Assembly: GCA_035504395.1 (NCBI GenBank)
Contig: DATJRX010000005.1
Coordinates: 3,334 to 67,333 of the forward strand
Direction of reading: 5' to 3'
Length of the DNA stretch: 64,000 bases
Source of the DNA: Thermoplasmata archaeon
GTDB taxonomy: Archaea > Thermoplasmatota > Thermoplasmata > Lutacidiplasmatales > UBA184
Part shown: positions 9,638 to 18,247 of the stretch, one piece after another
Numbering within the stretch: the stretch's first letter is position 1
Layout: every line of letters starts with the position of its first letter
Notes under the pieces: model-generated
Databases searched by the model: none
The model's input: only the letters and a program-made list of their open reading frames with translations
What the model was told of the DNA's origin: nothing
Translations under genes and position numbers: made by a program

Positions 9638-10402
9638 CTATGCGATCGAACCGGCGCTCAGGGCGCTCTCGATGAGCTTCCGCTCGATCACCGCGATCCC
9701 CTCGGAGACCGAGGACTTGCTCCGGTCGAGCCGCCGGGCCAGCTCGGTGAGCGTGACGCCGCGGGGGACCGCGAAGTAGCCCGCGGCCATCGCCTCGCTC
9801 AACAGCGACTGCTGGGTCTGGGTGAGCATCGGTAGGTGGCTGCGGAGGGACCGACGCCGGACCGAGACCACTTGGACATCGGAGTCGGCCCGACGAGCGT
9901 GCCGGAGCACTTCCTTGAACTCCGCGTAGCGCGCGACGACCTCCCATGTGATGACCCCGGCCTGAAGTCGAAGGGGAAACTGCAGGGGGAGCCGAAGTCG
10001 CCGGTAGAGAGCGATCACGGGGGGGTTTCGGTACTTGATACGGTAGAGACACCCGTCCGCGACCTCCGCAAGACTGTCGACCTGGAGCACGTCCCGGAAT
10101 CGGCCGATCTCATCGGCCCACTCTCCCGGGCTCCCGCCGCCGATCCAGTAGTCCGAGACCGAGACGTCGGGGGTCACCTCGGTACGGTTGAGCGCCTCCA
10201 GCCTCAGTTGCGGGTGGCGCAGGCTGAACGGGCCCGTCCAGAGTTGCGAGGGGATCCGCACCTTGAGCGTCGCCACGAGGAGCCGTCCGGCCGACTCGTC
10301 CGCGGACTCCCGGAGCTTCCGCAATCGTTCGGAATCGGACCTCGAGGAGCTCGAGCCAGCGCGAGCCTTCGTCGCGCCCGTCCCCCGGGCCCGCTTCGTC
10401 AC
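9638..10402 (-). CDS. HTH_10 (bacterio-opsin activator-type) transcription regulator, paralog 1
   Basis: C-terminal LTQTQQSLLSEAMAAGYFAVPRGVTLTELARRLDRSKSSVSE; start estimated at GTG 10402. Confidence 0.88.
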   Translation of the reverse strand: MTKRARGTGATKARAGSSSSRSDSERLRKLRESADESAGRLLVATLKVRIPSQLWTGPFSLRHPQLRLEALNRTEVTPDVSVSDYWIGGGSPGEWADEIGRFRDVLQVDSLAEVADGCLYRIKYRNPPVIALYRRLRLPLQFPLRLQAGVITWEVVARYAEFKEVLRHARRADSDVQVVSVRRRSLRSHLPMLTQTQQSLLSEAMAAGYFAVPRGVTLTELARRLDRSKSSVSEGIAVIERKLIESALSAGSIA

Positions 10403-10580
10403 ATCGATCCCGGCGAGTGGGCCCCATCGGTCGCGCAGGGGATATACCCTCCGAAGCGCCCTCGCCGGCCGCCGCCGACGCGGCACGGGCGTCGCCCTCC
10501 GGCACCCGAACCCGTTCGGTTCGGCGAAGAGGTTCGGTGGAAGCTCATCCCCCGGGGCCAACCTCGCCCGAACCACGCCG

Positions 10581-11435
10581 ATGATGTCTCCGAATGTGCC
10601 GCCGGACCGACGCGAAGCGACCACGCCCGACTCCGCGCAGGGCCTCCCGGCCCCGTCGCGCTCCCGGCGGCCGACGACCCCTCCCGCCCGCCCGGCGACC
10701 GGAGTGACCTCCCGCCGTCTCCCGCCTTCCCTCCCCCCGGACCCGGCCTCGGCCCCGGGGACGGACCGCGTGCCCCGCGTCCCCTCGGCGCTGGTGTATG
10801 GGGAGGACCGGGACCTGGTGAACCTCCTCCTCTTCGCGCTGGCCGAGCAGGCGGACCGCGATCTCCACTGGCTGGAGGTACGCGACGACCGGGGGGGCGC
10901 CGACGGATGGGACGCGGCGCGAGCGGGGTGGGTCGATCCCCAGCATGCGTGGACGACCGATCCCGTGCGCGACCTCGTCCCCGATCACGCCCGGGCGAAC
11001 GCCGCGATATTCGAGCTCGTGCGCTCGGACGAACCCCCCGCGATGCTCGCCCGCCTAGCCGATTTCCTCCGCCTGCCGGAGACGATGCAGCGGATCATCG
11101 GGGAGATGGCGCCGGCGGGCGGCGCCCATCTGCTGGCGGTCGCGAACAGCGACCGGATCGCGGGCCGATTCCCCGACTCGGTGCTGGGCCCGATCCTGGA
11201 CGCGTTCGAGTGGGCGCGCTGCTCCCTGTTCGTCGGCTATGCGGGAACGAACCCGCCGAAGAGCTCCCGGTTCACGCACATCGTGCGGATCGAGCGGGGA
11301 TCCCGGGCGGATTGGAGGCAGGCCCGGATCTTCTTCGAGCGGGAGGCGCTCTTCGCCGGCACTCGTACCGGCGGGATCGCCTCCCCTCTCGATCTCCCTC
11401 CGGTCGCCCGGGTCTTCGAACGCGCCGCGCCCTGA
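10581..11435 (+). CDS. Hypothetical protein, possibly an inactivated RecA/KaiC-like domain
   Basis: Coding-like composition; SALVYGEDRDLVNLLLFALA resembles a decayed P-loop strand-helix. Confidence 0.55.
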   Translation: MMSPNVPPDRREATTPDSAQGLPAPSRSRRPTTPPARPATGVTSRRLPPSLPPDPASAPGTDRVPRVPSALVYGEDRDLVNLLLFALAEQADRDLHWLEVRDDRGGADGWDAARAGWVDPQHAWTTDPVRDLVPDHARANAAIFELVRSDEPPAMLARLADFLRLPETMQRIIGEMAPAGGAHLLAVANSDRIAGRFPDSVLGPILDAFEWARCSLFVGYAGTNPPKSSRFTHIVRIERGSRADWRQARIFFEREALFAGTRTGGIASPLDLPPVARVFERAAP

Positions 11436-11497
11436 GCGGAGCGCCGAACCCGAGGACAACTGAAGAGGCCGACCTCCATCCGGCGAGCGGGGGAGAC

Positions 11498-12241
11498 ATG
11501 CCCGGTCCATCACAGGCGGCTCTCGCGTCGGGGCGGGAAGGCGCGGCCCGCGACCGCGACGCGTCCGGGCGGGCGCCGCTCCTCCTCGCGACCCTTCGAT
11601 TGCGCGTCCCCGATCGAACCTGGCCGGGACCCTTCTCGCGGCGGCATCCCGACGTGTTCATCGAGATCCTGGGCCGGAGCGAGATCGATCCGCGCACGAT
11701 GGTCGCGGACGTCTGGATCAGCGGCTCGCGCCCGGGGGTCTGGGCCGCCGAGCTGCGGCGCTTCCCCGACGTACAGGCCGTGGAGGCGCTGGCCGAGGTC
11801 GGAAGCGGGTCCCTCTACCGGATCCGGTTCGTGAGCCCCCCGATCGTCGGATTCTACCGCACGCTCCAGATCCCGCTCCCGTTCCCCGTCCGCATCCACG
11901 CCGGGCACGTGCTCTGGGAAGCCGTGGCGCGCGCGCCCGAGTTCGCCCGGATTCTCGAGTTCACGCGCGGCATCGATCCCTCGACCAAGATCGCCTGGAC
12001 CCGGCGACCGCCCCTGAAGGACCATCTTCCCACGTTCACGCCCTCCCAGCGGGCCCTCCTGCATCGCGCGATCGCGGAGGGCTACTTTGCCGTCCCCCGG
12101 GGGATCAGCCTGAGCGAGCTCGCCCGCCTCTCGAACCGCAGCAAGTCGGCGGTCTCCCAGGCGATGGCCCTCATCGAACAGCGACTGCTGGAGAGCACGC
12201 TTCGACAGCACTCGTTCGTCGTCGGCCCCCACCCGGAGTAG
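11498..12241 (+). CDS. HTH_10 transcription regulator, paralog 2
   Basis: FTPSQRALLHRAIAEGYFAVPRGISLSELARLSNRSKSAVSQ; colinear with paralog 1; GGGGAG SD. Confidence 0.88.
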   Translation: MPGPSQAALASGREGAARDRDASGRAPLLLATLRLRVPDRTWPGPFSRRHPDVFIEILGRSEIDPRTMVADVWISGSRPGVWAAELRRFPDVQAVEALAEVGSGSLYRIRFVSPPIVGFYRTLQIPLPFPVRIHAGHVLWEAVARAPEFARILEFTRGIDPSTKIAWTRRPPLKDHLPTFTPSQRALLHRAIAEGYFAVPRGISLSELARLSNRSKSAVSQAMALIEQRLLESTLRQHSFVVGPHPE

Positions 12242-12286
12242 TCGACCGAGGGCTTTTGTCCCGCCCCGCCGTCCTCGGTCGGGCCG

Positions 12287-12541
12287 ATGGTCAGCCTGGT
12301 CATCTGGAAGGGCGCCTCGCCGCGCCAGTTCGCCCTGCTCGCGGCCGGGATCGGCTCGCTGATCGCGATCCTCGGAGCGGGCGTGCTGTGGGTCGCGCCG
12401 GGCCTCGCCGACCGGTCCCTCGCCGACGCGCTCGGGATCGGCGCGCTGGTCCTGGGCGCGGTCATCCTCGTTCCCGCCGTCTGGGTGCTGAGGCGACACC
12501 GCGGCGCGGCCGGCACCGCCGACGCTCCAGAGAGCCGATAG
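12287..12541 (+). CDS. Small two-TM membrane protein
   Basis: Two hydrophobic segments followed by a basic tail. Confidence 0.5.
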   Translation: MVSLVIWKGASPRQFALLAAGIGSLIAILGAGVLWVAPGLADRSLADALGIGALVLGAVILVPAVWVLRRHRGAAGTADAPESR

Positions 12542-12677
12542 ACCGCTCGGGGAGACCGCCGAGCGCGACTCCTCTTCGGCCGCGTTCCAGGGCCCCTTAG
12601 CTCGCTCGGGAGCGCGCCAATGCGCATAATCCTGTATCAGAACCATTTTAGGCTCGGACCGGCCAGTTCGAAGGACC

Positions 12678-14615
12678 ATGCGGCCTCACCTTGCCGTCGG
12701 ACTGACCGTCGTGACGATCGCCCTGCTCCTGCTGTTTGTCCCGGGCTCACTCCCGCGGACGACGGCCGCCCCGGCCTCGGGCCCGGCATTCGCCGTCGTG
12801 GGTCCGGCGGCCGCGGTCGCCCCCAACCCGTTCTGGTCCGGAATGCCGGCCTCGGTCGCGATCGGCCAGCCCAACCTGACCTCAGCCTCCTCCCCCACGC
12901 AAGCGAACCAGTCGAACATCATTCCCGATCCGGAACTGAGCTGCATGGACGCAAGCGGGAACCTGTGGGTCCCGAACTTCGGCGGTGCGCGCGTGACCGA
13001 GTATCTCGCCCCGCTCTCGACGAACGAGTCCGCCTCGCTCGTGATCGGGCAGTCCGGGTTCTACTCCGACCTCGAAGGCATCAACCAGTCGACCTTTGGC
13101 GCGCCCGCGTCGTGTACGTTCGATTCCCATGGCGATCTCTGGGTGCCGGACTTCTTCGGGGGTCGCGTCCTCGAGTTCGTGCCGCCGTTCTCGAACGGCA
13201 TGAACGCGTCGCTCGTGCTGGGCGCGCCGAACTTCAACTCGACGGGCGGTACGGCGACGGCCTCGACCTTCGGTGGCCCGGCGTCGGTCGCCTTTGACGC
13301 GCAGGGGAATCTGTACGTCGCCGACGCGTCCGCCAACCGGATCCTCGAGTTCACTCCGCCGTTCTCGACCGGGATGTCCGCCTCGGCGGTCCTCGGTCAG
13401 ACGACCTTCCTCGGGGTTCAGGGTGGAACGACCGCGGTGAATCTGAGCTTCCCGATCGGGCTCGGCTTCGGCGGCGGCGTGCTCTGGGTCGCCGACGCTG
13501 ACAACGGGCGGGTGCTGGGCTTCCCGACCCCGGCCGTGGCCGGCGAGGGTGCCCGCTACGTCCTGGGCCAGCCGAACTTCACGTCCCTCGCGGGAGTGGG
13601 GGAGTTCTCCCTCAATAGCCCGGAGAGCGTTGCGGTCGACGCCCAAGGGAATCTGTGGGTCTCGGACTCCCGCAACAACCGGGTGCTGGAGTACGTCGCC
13701 CCCCTCGCGACGAACGAATCCCCCTCCGTGGTCATCGGCCAAACCTCCTTCCTCGGAATCGCGCCCGGCACCAGTCCGACCACCCTGTCGTTCCCGCTCG
13801 GCGCCTTCACGTCTCCGACGACCGGCGACCTGATCGTCAGCGACGGGAGCAACGATCGGGTGCTCGAGTACGTCCCCAGTTCCTACCCGGTGAAGTTCGT
13901 GGCCACCGGTCTCCCCGCGAGCGCCGCGTGGTCGGTCACCTTCGCCGGCGCGTCCGAGTCCGGCTCGGCCTCGGGCATCGACCTGATCGAATGGAACGGA
14001 AGCTACGCTTGGAGCGCGGCCCCGGTGGCGGGGTACGTCGTGGCGCCCGCGTCCGGAGTGCTCAACCTCAACGGGACCGGCGCCACGATCACCCTCGCGT
14101 TCACGCCGGTGACCTTCTCCGTGACGTTCAACGCGATCGGCCTGCCCTCCACCGCCACGTGGACCGTGACGCTGGACGGGGTGGCGCACTCGGGGGCCGG
14201 TGACGCCGCGGTCAGCTTCGCCATCGCCAACGGATCGTACTCATACTCGGTCGCGAGCGTCAGCGGCTACACGACGTCGCCGGCGAGCGGGACGGTCTCC
14301 GTCGCCGGGGAGCCCCAGGAGGTCGGGATCGGATTCTTCTCGACGTCCTCGGGGTCGCCGTCCGGCTCGGGCTCGTCCTCCAACGGGATCAGCCCGCTCC
14401 TCGCGGCGTTGCTTGCCGTAGTGGGCCTCATCGTGGGCGCGGTCGTCGGTGTCCTGATCGGACGTCGCCGGGGCGGGAGCCCGCCTCCCCCGCCCTCGCC
14501 GTCGACCCTCTCGCCGCCCGCGAAGGCGACGAGCGTCAGTCCCCCGGCTCCATGGTCGGAGTCCCCCTCTGCTCCGTCGGGCCCCGGAACGCCGCCGCCG
14601 GGCGCGCTCCAGTAG
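12678..14615 (+). CDS. Membrane-anchored NHL-repeat beta-propeller surface protein
   Basis: Signal peptide; about 6 GNLWVxDxxNxRVLEY...VIGQ repeats; two GLPxxxxWxVT stalk domains; C-terminal TM + RRR + Pro-rich tail. Confidence 0.88.
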   Translation: MRPHLAVGLTVVTIALLLLFVPGSLPRTTAAPASGPAFAVVGPAAAVAPNPFWSGMPASVAIGQPNLTSASSPTQANQSNIIPDPELSCMDASGNLWVPNFGGARVTEYLAPLSTNESASLVIGQSGFYSDLEGINQSTFGAPASCTFDSHGDLWVPDFFGGRVLEFVPPFSNGMNASLVLGAPNFNSTGGTATASTFGGPASVAFDAQGNLYVADASANRILEFTPPFSTGMSASAVLGQTTFLGVQGGTTAVNLSFPIGLGFGGGVLWVADADNGRVLGFPTPAVAGEGARYVLGQPNFTSLAGVGEFSLNSPESVAVDAQGNLWVSDSRNNRVLEYVAPLATNESPSVVIGQTSFLGIAPGTSPTTLSFPLGAFTSPTTGDLIVSDGSNDRVLEYVPSSYPVKFVATGLPASAAWSVTFAGASESGSASGIDLIEWNGSYAWSAAPVAGYVVAPASGVLNLNGTGATITLAFTPVTFSVTFNAIGLPSTATWTVTLDGVAHSGAGDAAVSFAIANGSYSYSVASVSGYTTSPASGTVSVAGEPQEVGIGFFSTSSGSPSGSGSSSNGISPLLAALLAVVGLIVGAVVGVLIGRRRGGSPPPPPSPSTLSPPAKATSVSPPAPWSESPSAPSGPGTPPPGALQ

Positions 14616-14720
14616 CCGCGGTCGGGCCCCCGAGACCAACCCTTTCCCTCGATCCGTCGCGCACGGATCGCCGCAAGCCCCGTGTCGGGTTCGCCGAGGC
14701 GGCGGCGGCTCGGCGCCACG

Positions 14721-14726
14721 TATATA
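14721..14726 (+). promoter_or_regulatory. TATA box (TATATA) of the microprotein gene at 14748
   Basis: Begins 27 nt before ATG 14748, consistent with a leaderless transcript. Confidence 0.6.
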
Positions 14727-14747
14727 CCTCGGCCCGTTGCCGGCAGC

Positions 14748-14870
14748 ATGCCCGACGCCGGTGAGACCCAGGTCAGGTGCACCCAGTGCAACACGACGTT
14801 CCCGACTTCGGACGCGGCCGCGGCGCAGCAACACGCCGGGCACCCGCTCGAGCACATCCAGCAGGGCTGA
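14748..14870 (+). CDS. 40-aa C2H2-like zinc-finger microprotein
   Basis: MPDAGETQVRCTQCNTTFPTSDAAAAQQHAGHPLEHIQQG; has its own TATA box. Confidence 0.7.
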   Translation: MPDAGETQVRCTQCNTTFPTSDAAAAQQHAGHPLEHIQQG

Positions 14871-14903
14871 CGCCGGGTCGGGCGACCACGAGCCCGCCCG
14901 GGA

Positions 14904-15779
14904 TCAGAAGTGGGCGAGGAGCCAGGCGTGGATCTCGGGAATGCGTTCGCTTAGGAGACCCAGGTGCCCCGCGTCCGGGAGCAGGTGCGGTTCCGCACGG
15001 GGAAGGTGGGCCGCCAGCCACTGGCCGTGCGCGAACGGGACGAACCGGTCATGGGCTCCGTGCCAGATCTGCAGAGGGCAGCGCACGCTGGACAGGTCGA
15101 ATCCCCACGGGATCGTGTCGGAAAGGTTGTCGTCCCTCATGCCGTCCGCCCCGTGGCGCAGGCCCTCGCGCCCCTCCTCGACGAAGAAGCGGACCAGCTC
15201 GGGCGTCAGCGCGGCCCGGTCGACCTCCGAGAGGAGCGTCGTGAGGATGGACTGGAGCTGTTCGGGGGTCGCGCGAGCATACTCGATCGACTCTCGCTGG
15301 AGCTTCGCTTCCCACGCCGCCGGATCTGAGAGCATGAGGTGCACGTCCTCGCGGTTGGCCTCCCCCATCCCCTCGAGCGGGTCGAGCCCCTCCGCCCCCG
15401 GGGGCGCCACGCCCGCCAGACTCGTCGCCGCGACGACCCGCCCGGGCAGCCGGGCCGCGCAGGCGATCGCCGGAGCGCCTCCCCCGGAGTGACCCCAGAC
15501 CGCGAACCGGTCGATCCCGAGCTGATCGGCGACCGCGGCAACGTCCGGAGCGACGTCGCCGACCCGCCGGCCGCGCCGGGCGGTCGATCCTCCGTAGCCG
15601 GGGCGGTCGTAGCCGATCAGCCGGATGCCTCTCCGCCGGGCGTCGGCGACGTGCGGTGGGTACAGCAAGCGGGACCCCGGGGTCCCGTGGAGCCGAAAGA
15701 CCGGCCGACCGTCCGGATCCCCGTCCTCACGCACCGTCAGGCGGCGCCCGTCGTCCCGCCGGACCTCGTGCTCGCGCAT
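14904..15779 (-). CDS. Alpha/beta hydrolase
   Basis: HGTPGSR, DRPGYGGS, GHSGG nucleophile elbow, WHGAHD, AGH. Confidence 0.92.
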   Translation of the reverse strand: MREHEVRRDDGRRLTVREDGDPDGRPVFRLHGTPGSRLLYPPHVADARRRGIRLIGYDRPGYGGSTARRGRRVGDVAPDVAAVADQLGIDRFAVWGHSGGGAPAIACAARLPGRVVAATSLAGVAPPGAEGLDPLEGMGEANREDVHLMLSDPAAWEAKLQRESIEYARATPEQLQSILTTLLSEVDRAALTPELVRFFVEEGREGLRHGADGMRDDNLSDTIPWGFDLSSVRCPLQIWHGAHDRFVPFAHGQWLAAHLPRAEPHLLPDAGHLGLLSERIPEIHAWLLAHF

Positions 15780-15802
15780 GGAGCGAGACGTGGGCAGCGC
15801 CG

Positions 15803-16207
15803 TCAGGTGACCGGCCCTTCCTGCCACAGCATGAGCAGATTGCCCTCGGGGTCCTGGAAGAACGCCAGCGCGCCGATCCGCTCGAAGGCGATGGGCCCCT
15901 CGGTCCGAAGGGTCATCCCTCCGCGCGGCGCCCGCTGGAACTTGGCTCCCGCGCGACGCAGCTGCTTCACCGCCTTGCGGATGTTCTTCACGACGAACGT
16001 CGAGTACGCGAGGCTCCGCTTCTCCCGCTCCGGGGGCGCGATCAGCCAGACCTCGGCGCCTCCGACGCGGATGTGCGCCCAGGAGTTGCGCATCGCGCCA
16101 GCGCCGCGCGCCCGGAGCTTCGCGCCGAGCGCCTGGGTATAGAATCGGAGAGCCCGGGGGAGTTTCCGGACCGGGATCAACGTCACATGCTCGGACTTGA
16201 ATGCCAT
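15803..16207 (-). CDS. VOC/glyoxalase family protein
   Basis: ALRFYTQALG...FFQDPEGNLLMLWQ. Confidence 0.85.
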   Translation of the reverse strand: MAFKSEHVTLIPVRKLPRALRFYTQALGAKLRARGAGAMRNSWAHIRVGGAEVWLIAPPEREKRSLAYSTFVVKNIRKAVKQLRRAGAKFQRAPRGGMTLRTEGPIAFERIGALAFFQDPEGNLLMLWQEGPVT

Positions 16208-16403
16208 CGTGTTTCCTCTCACCGAGGTCCCGCGGACCCCCGCGCGCCGGGGACTCTCCCGTACCATATCTAGCTGACCGAGCGCCCCGAGGGTGCGTCG
16301 GTCGTGGCCCGCGACTGGGAAACCCCGGGAGCGGCGATCGAGTCTCGACCGCGGGCCCGACGGGCCGGTACCGCCCGAGCGGGGCGGACGCCCCCGGGAC
16401 CGC

Positions 16404-16419
16404 GTCAACTCCGATTGAC
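16404..16419. promoter_or_regulatory. Palindromic operator GTCAA-N6-TTGAC, copy 2 (GTCAACTCCGATTGAC)
   Basis: Intergenic between divergent genes; CCTAAG follows at 16426. Confidence 0.65.
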
Positions 16420-16478
16420 TCCGCGCCTAAGTCGTTCCCGCTCCCATGACCACTGGATGTCGGACAGGGGGGAGAACG

Positions 16479-17126
16479 ATGCAACCGGGAGCGCATCTCG
16501 CCGTGTTCGCCACTGTGCTGGTCGTGCTCGCCTTCATCGTCGGCTCGGCCGTGATGTTCGTGGCCGGCTCGATCCACCCCGGGGCCACGGGACCGCAGGG
16601 CACCGGGGGACAGAACGGCACCGCCGGTGCTAGCGGTGCCAACGGGACCAGCGGGGCTCCCGGCACGAACGGTTCCAACGGGCAGAACGGTACGGACGGT
16701 ACCAATGGCACCACGTGGATCAGCCAATGGTACGGATTCAACGCGAGCTTCCTGCCAACGGGGAACCTCACCTACCTCGCGGTGTCGGTCGAGGGCTGCA
16801 CCGGTGTGGGCAGCGGTGCGTACTACTGCACGGTCAATGTCTCGAACACGTGCGGACCCAAGGACACCGCCCTGATCCAGCCGGCGTGGGCCTGTAAGAA
16901 CTACGAGTTCGCGCTCGTGAACGTCTCCTACGCGATCAACGGGTCGTTCTATTTCGCCGGATCCAACCCCAGCCTCGGGTACGCCCTCGGGTGGGGGCAA
17001 TCCATCGAGATCCAGCTCTGGTTCCAAACGATCGTCTGCGGAGTCTACGCGAGCGGGAGTTCGGCGCCCACGGTACCCACCCTGACTCCGGCCGTCGAGC
17101 TGGGGTTCGCTCAGGTGGCGAACTGA
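16479..17126 (+). CDS. Membrane-anchored collagen-like (Gly-X-Y)15 protein with Cys-rich C-terminal domain
   Basis: N-terminal TM; 15 consecutive GXY triplets; GGGGGGAG SD. Confidence 0.8.
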   Translation: MQPGAHLAVFATVLVVLAFIVGSAVMFVAGSIHPGATGPQGTGGQNGTAGASGANGTSGAPGTNGSNGQNGTDGTNGTTWISQWYGFNASFLPTGNLTYLAVSVEGCTGVGSGAYYCTVNVSNTCGPKDTALIQPAWACKNYEFALVNVSYAINGSFYFAGSNPSLGYALGWGQSIEIQLWFQTIVCGVYASGSSAPTVPTLTPAVELGFAQVAN

Positions 17127-17207
17127 CCGGGAACGGTCCGAGGGCACGCCCTGCCCACGACGCCGCCGGACTCGCGCTCCGAGCGGCGGGCCTTCTCTCG
17201 GCTCGCG

Positions 17208-17603
17208 TCAGCGCGGCGTAGGGCGGAAGCGCCTCCGACCGGCCCTGTAGAGACTGATGCGATGGCCGTCGGGGTCCCGCAGATAGGCGTGCTCCCAGCC
17301 CCACGGCATCCGCTTCGGCGGTTGGTCGAGGTGCACCCCGTTCCTGACCAGAGACCGGCAGAGAGCCCTCAGATCGGCGGTCTCGAAGTACAGGACGACC
17401 GGCCGCCGGCCGGCTTGTCGACCGCGCTCGTCGCTCGCGTGGAGCGCGAGGGTGGCGCTGCCCCGAGGTCCTTTCAACCGAGCGTATCCGGGCATCGACT
17501 CGATCTCCTGGAAGCCGAGCCGATCGCGGTAGAATCGGAGCGCGGGCCCGACTTTCCGGACATAGATGATCACGTGATTCAGCGCCGCCCGAGGACCGGC
17601 CAT
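17208..17603 (-). CDS. VOC/glyoxalase family protein
   Basis: LNHVIIYV...ALRFYRDRLG...MPWG...LRDPDGHRISL. Confidence 0.88.
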   Translation of the reverse strand: MAGPRAALNHVIIYVRKVGPALRFYRDRLGFQEIESMPGYARLKGPRGSATLALHASDERGRQAGRRPVVLYFETADLRALCRSLVRNGVHLDQPPKRMPWGWEHAYLRDPDGHRISLYRAGRRRFRPTPR

Positions 17604-17677
17604 GCGACCCGGAAGCCCGGCGCGCGTAAAGGCCGGCCCGTCGAAATGATTCGTGGACCTCGCGGTCGGTTCGCGGT

Positions 17678-17693
17678 GTCAACTGCCGTTGAC
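17678..17693. promoter_or_regulatory. Palindromic operator GTCAA-N6-TTGAC, copy 3 (GTCAACTGCCGTTGAC)
   Basis: 6-bp arms; TTAACC at 17701; Usp ATG at 17729. Confidence 0.7.
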
Positions 17694-17728
17694 GCCGGGG
17701 TTAACCTTGGTCGGGTCCAGTCCCCGTC

Positions 17729-18220
17729 ATGGCGCTGATCCGCACGATCGTGGTGGCCGTCGACGGTTCAAAGAACGCGGACCATGCCTTCGAGACCGCG
17801 GTCGAGCTGGCCCGGATGTCCTCGGCGGCGCTCACCATCCTCGGCGTCGCACCTACCCACCGGGACTACACGGGCACCTATGGCGGGGTGCGGGCGTCCG
17901 ACCCCGAAGAACGCCGATGGTTCCGGGAGCTCCTCAGCCGGTACTCCAAGTCCGCCCGGGAGGGTGGGGTCTCGGAGATCTCGACGGAACAGTTCGAGGG
18001 TTCCCCGGTCGACTGCATCGTCACCTACTTGGAAGGCGCGCATCCGGATCTGGTCATCATGGGCGCGCGAGGACTCTCGACCACGCGTCGTCTCTTCCTC
18101 GGGAGCGTGAGCGAAGGCGTGCTCCACCATAGTACGTGCTCGGTCCTCATCGTCCGGTCGCCTCCGCCGAAGCCGGCCCGCGACCCGAAGCCGAGACGGA
18201 CCAAGTCGCCCAAGACCTGA
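17729..18220 (+). CDS. Universal stress protein (UspA family)
   Basis: IVVAVDGS, DLVIMGARG...FLGSVSEGVLHHSTCSVLIV. Confidence 0.93.
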   Translation: MALIRTIVVAVDGSKNADHAFETAVELARMSSAALTILGVAPTHRDYTGTYGGVRASDPEERRWFRELLSRYSKSAREGGVSEISTEQFEGSPVDCIVTYLEGAHPDLVIMGARGLSTTRRLFLGSVSEGVLHHSTCSVLIVRSPPPKPARDPKPRRTKSPKT

Positions 18221-18247
18221 CCGCGCGACGCGAGAGGGCCCCGCTCC

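Noticed and set aside
7433..17147. Apparent fusions suggested by long ORFs 7433-9109, 9836-12241 and 14904-17147
   Set aside because: The N-terminal extensions are off-frame reads over neighbouring genes; better downstream starts exist
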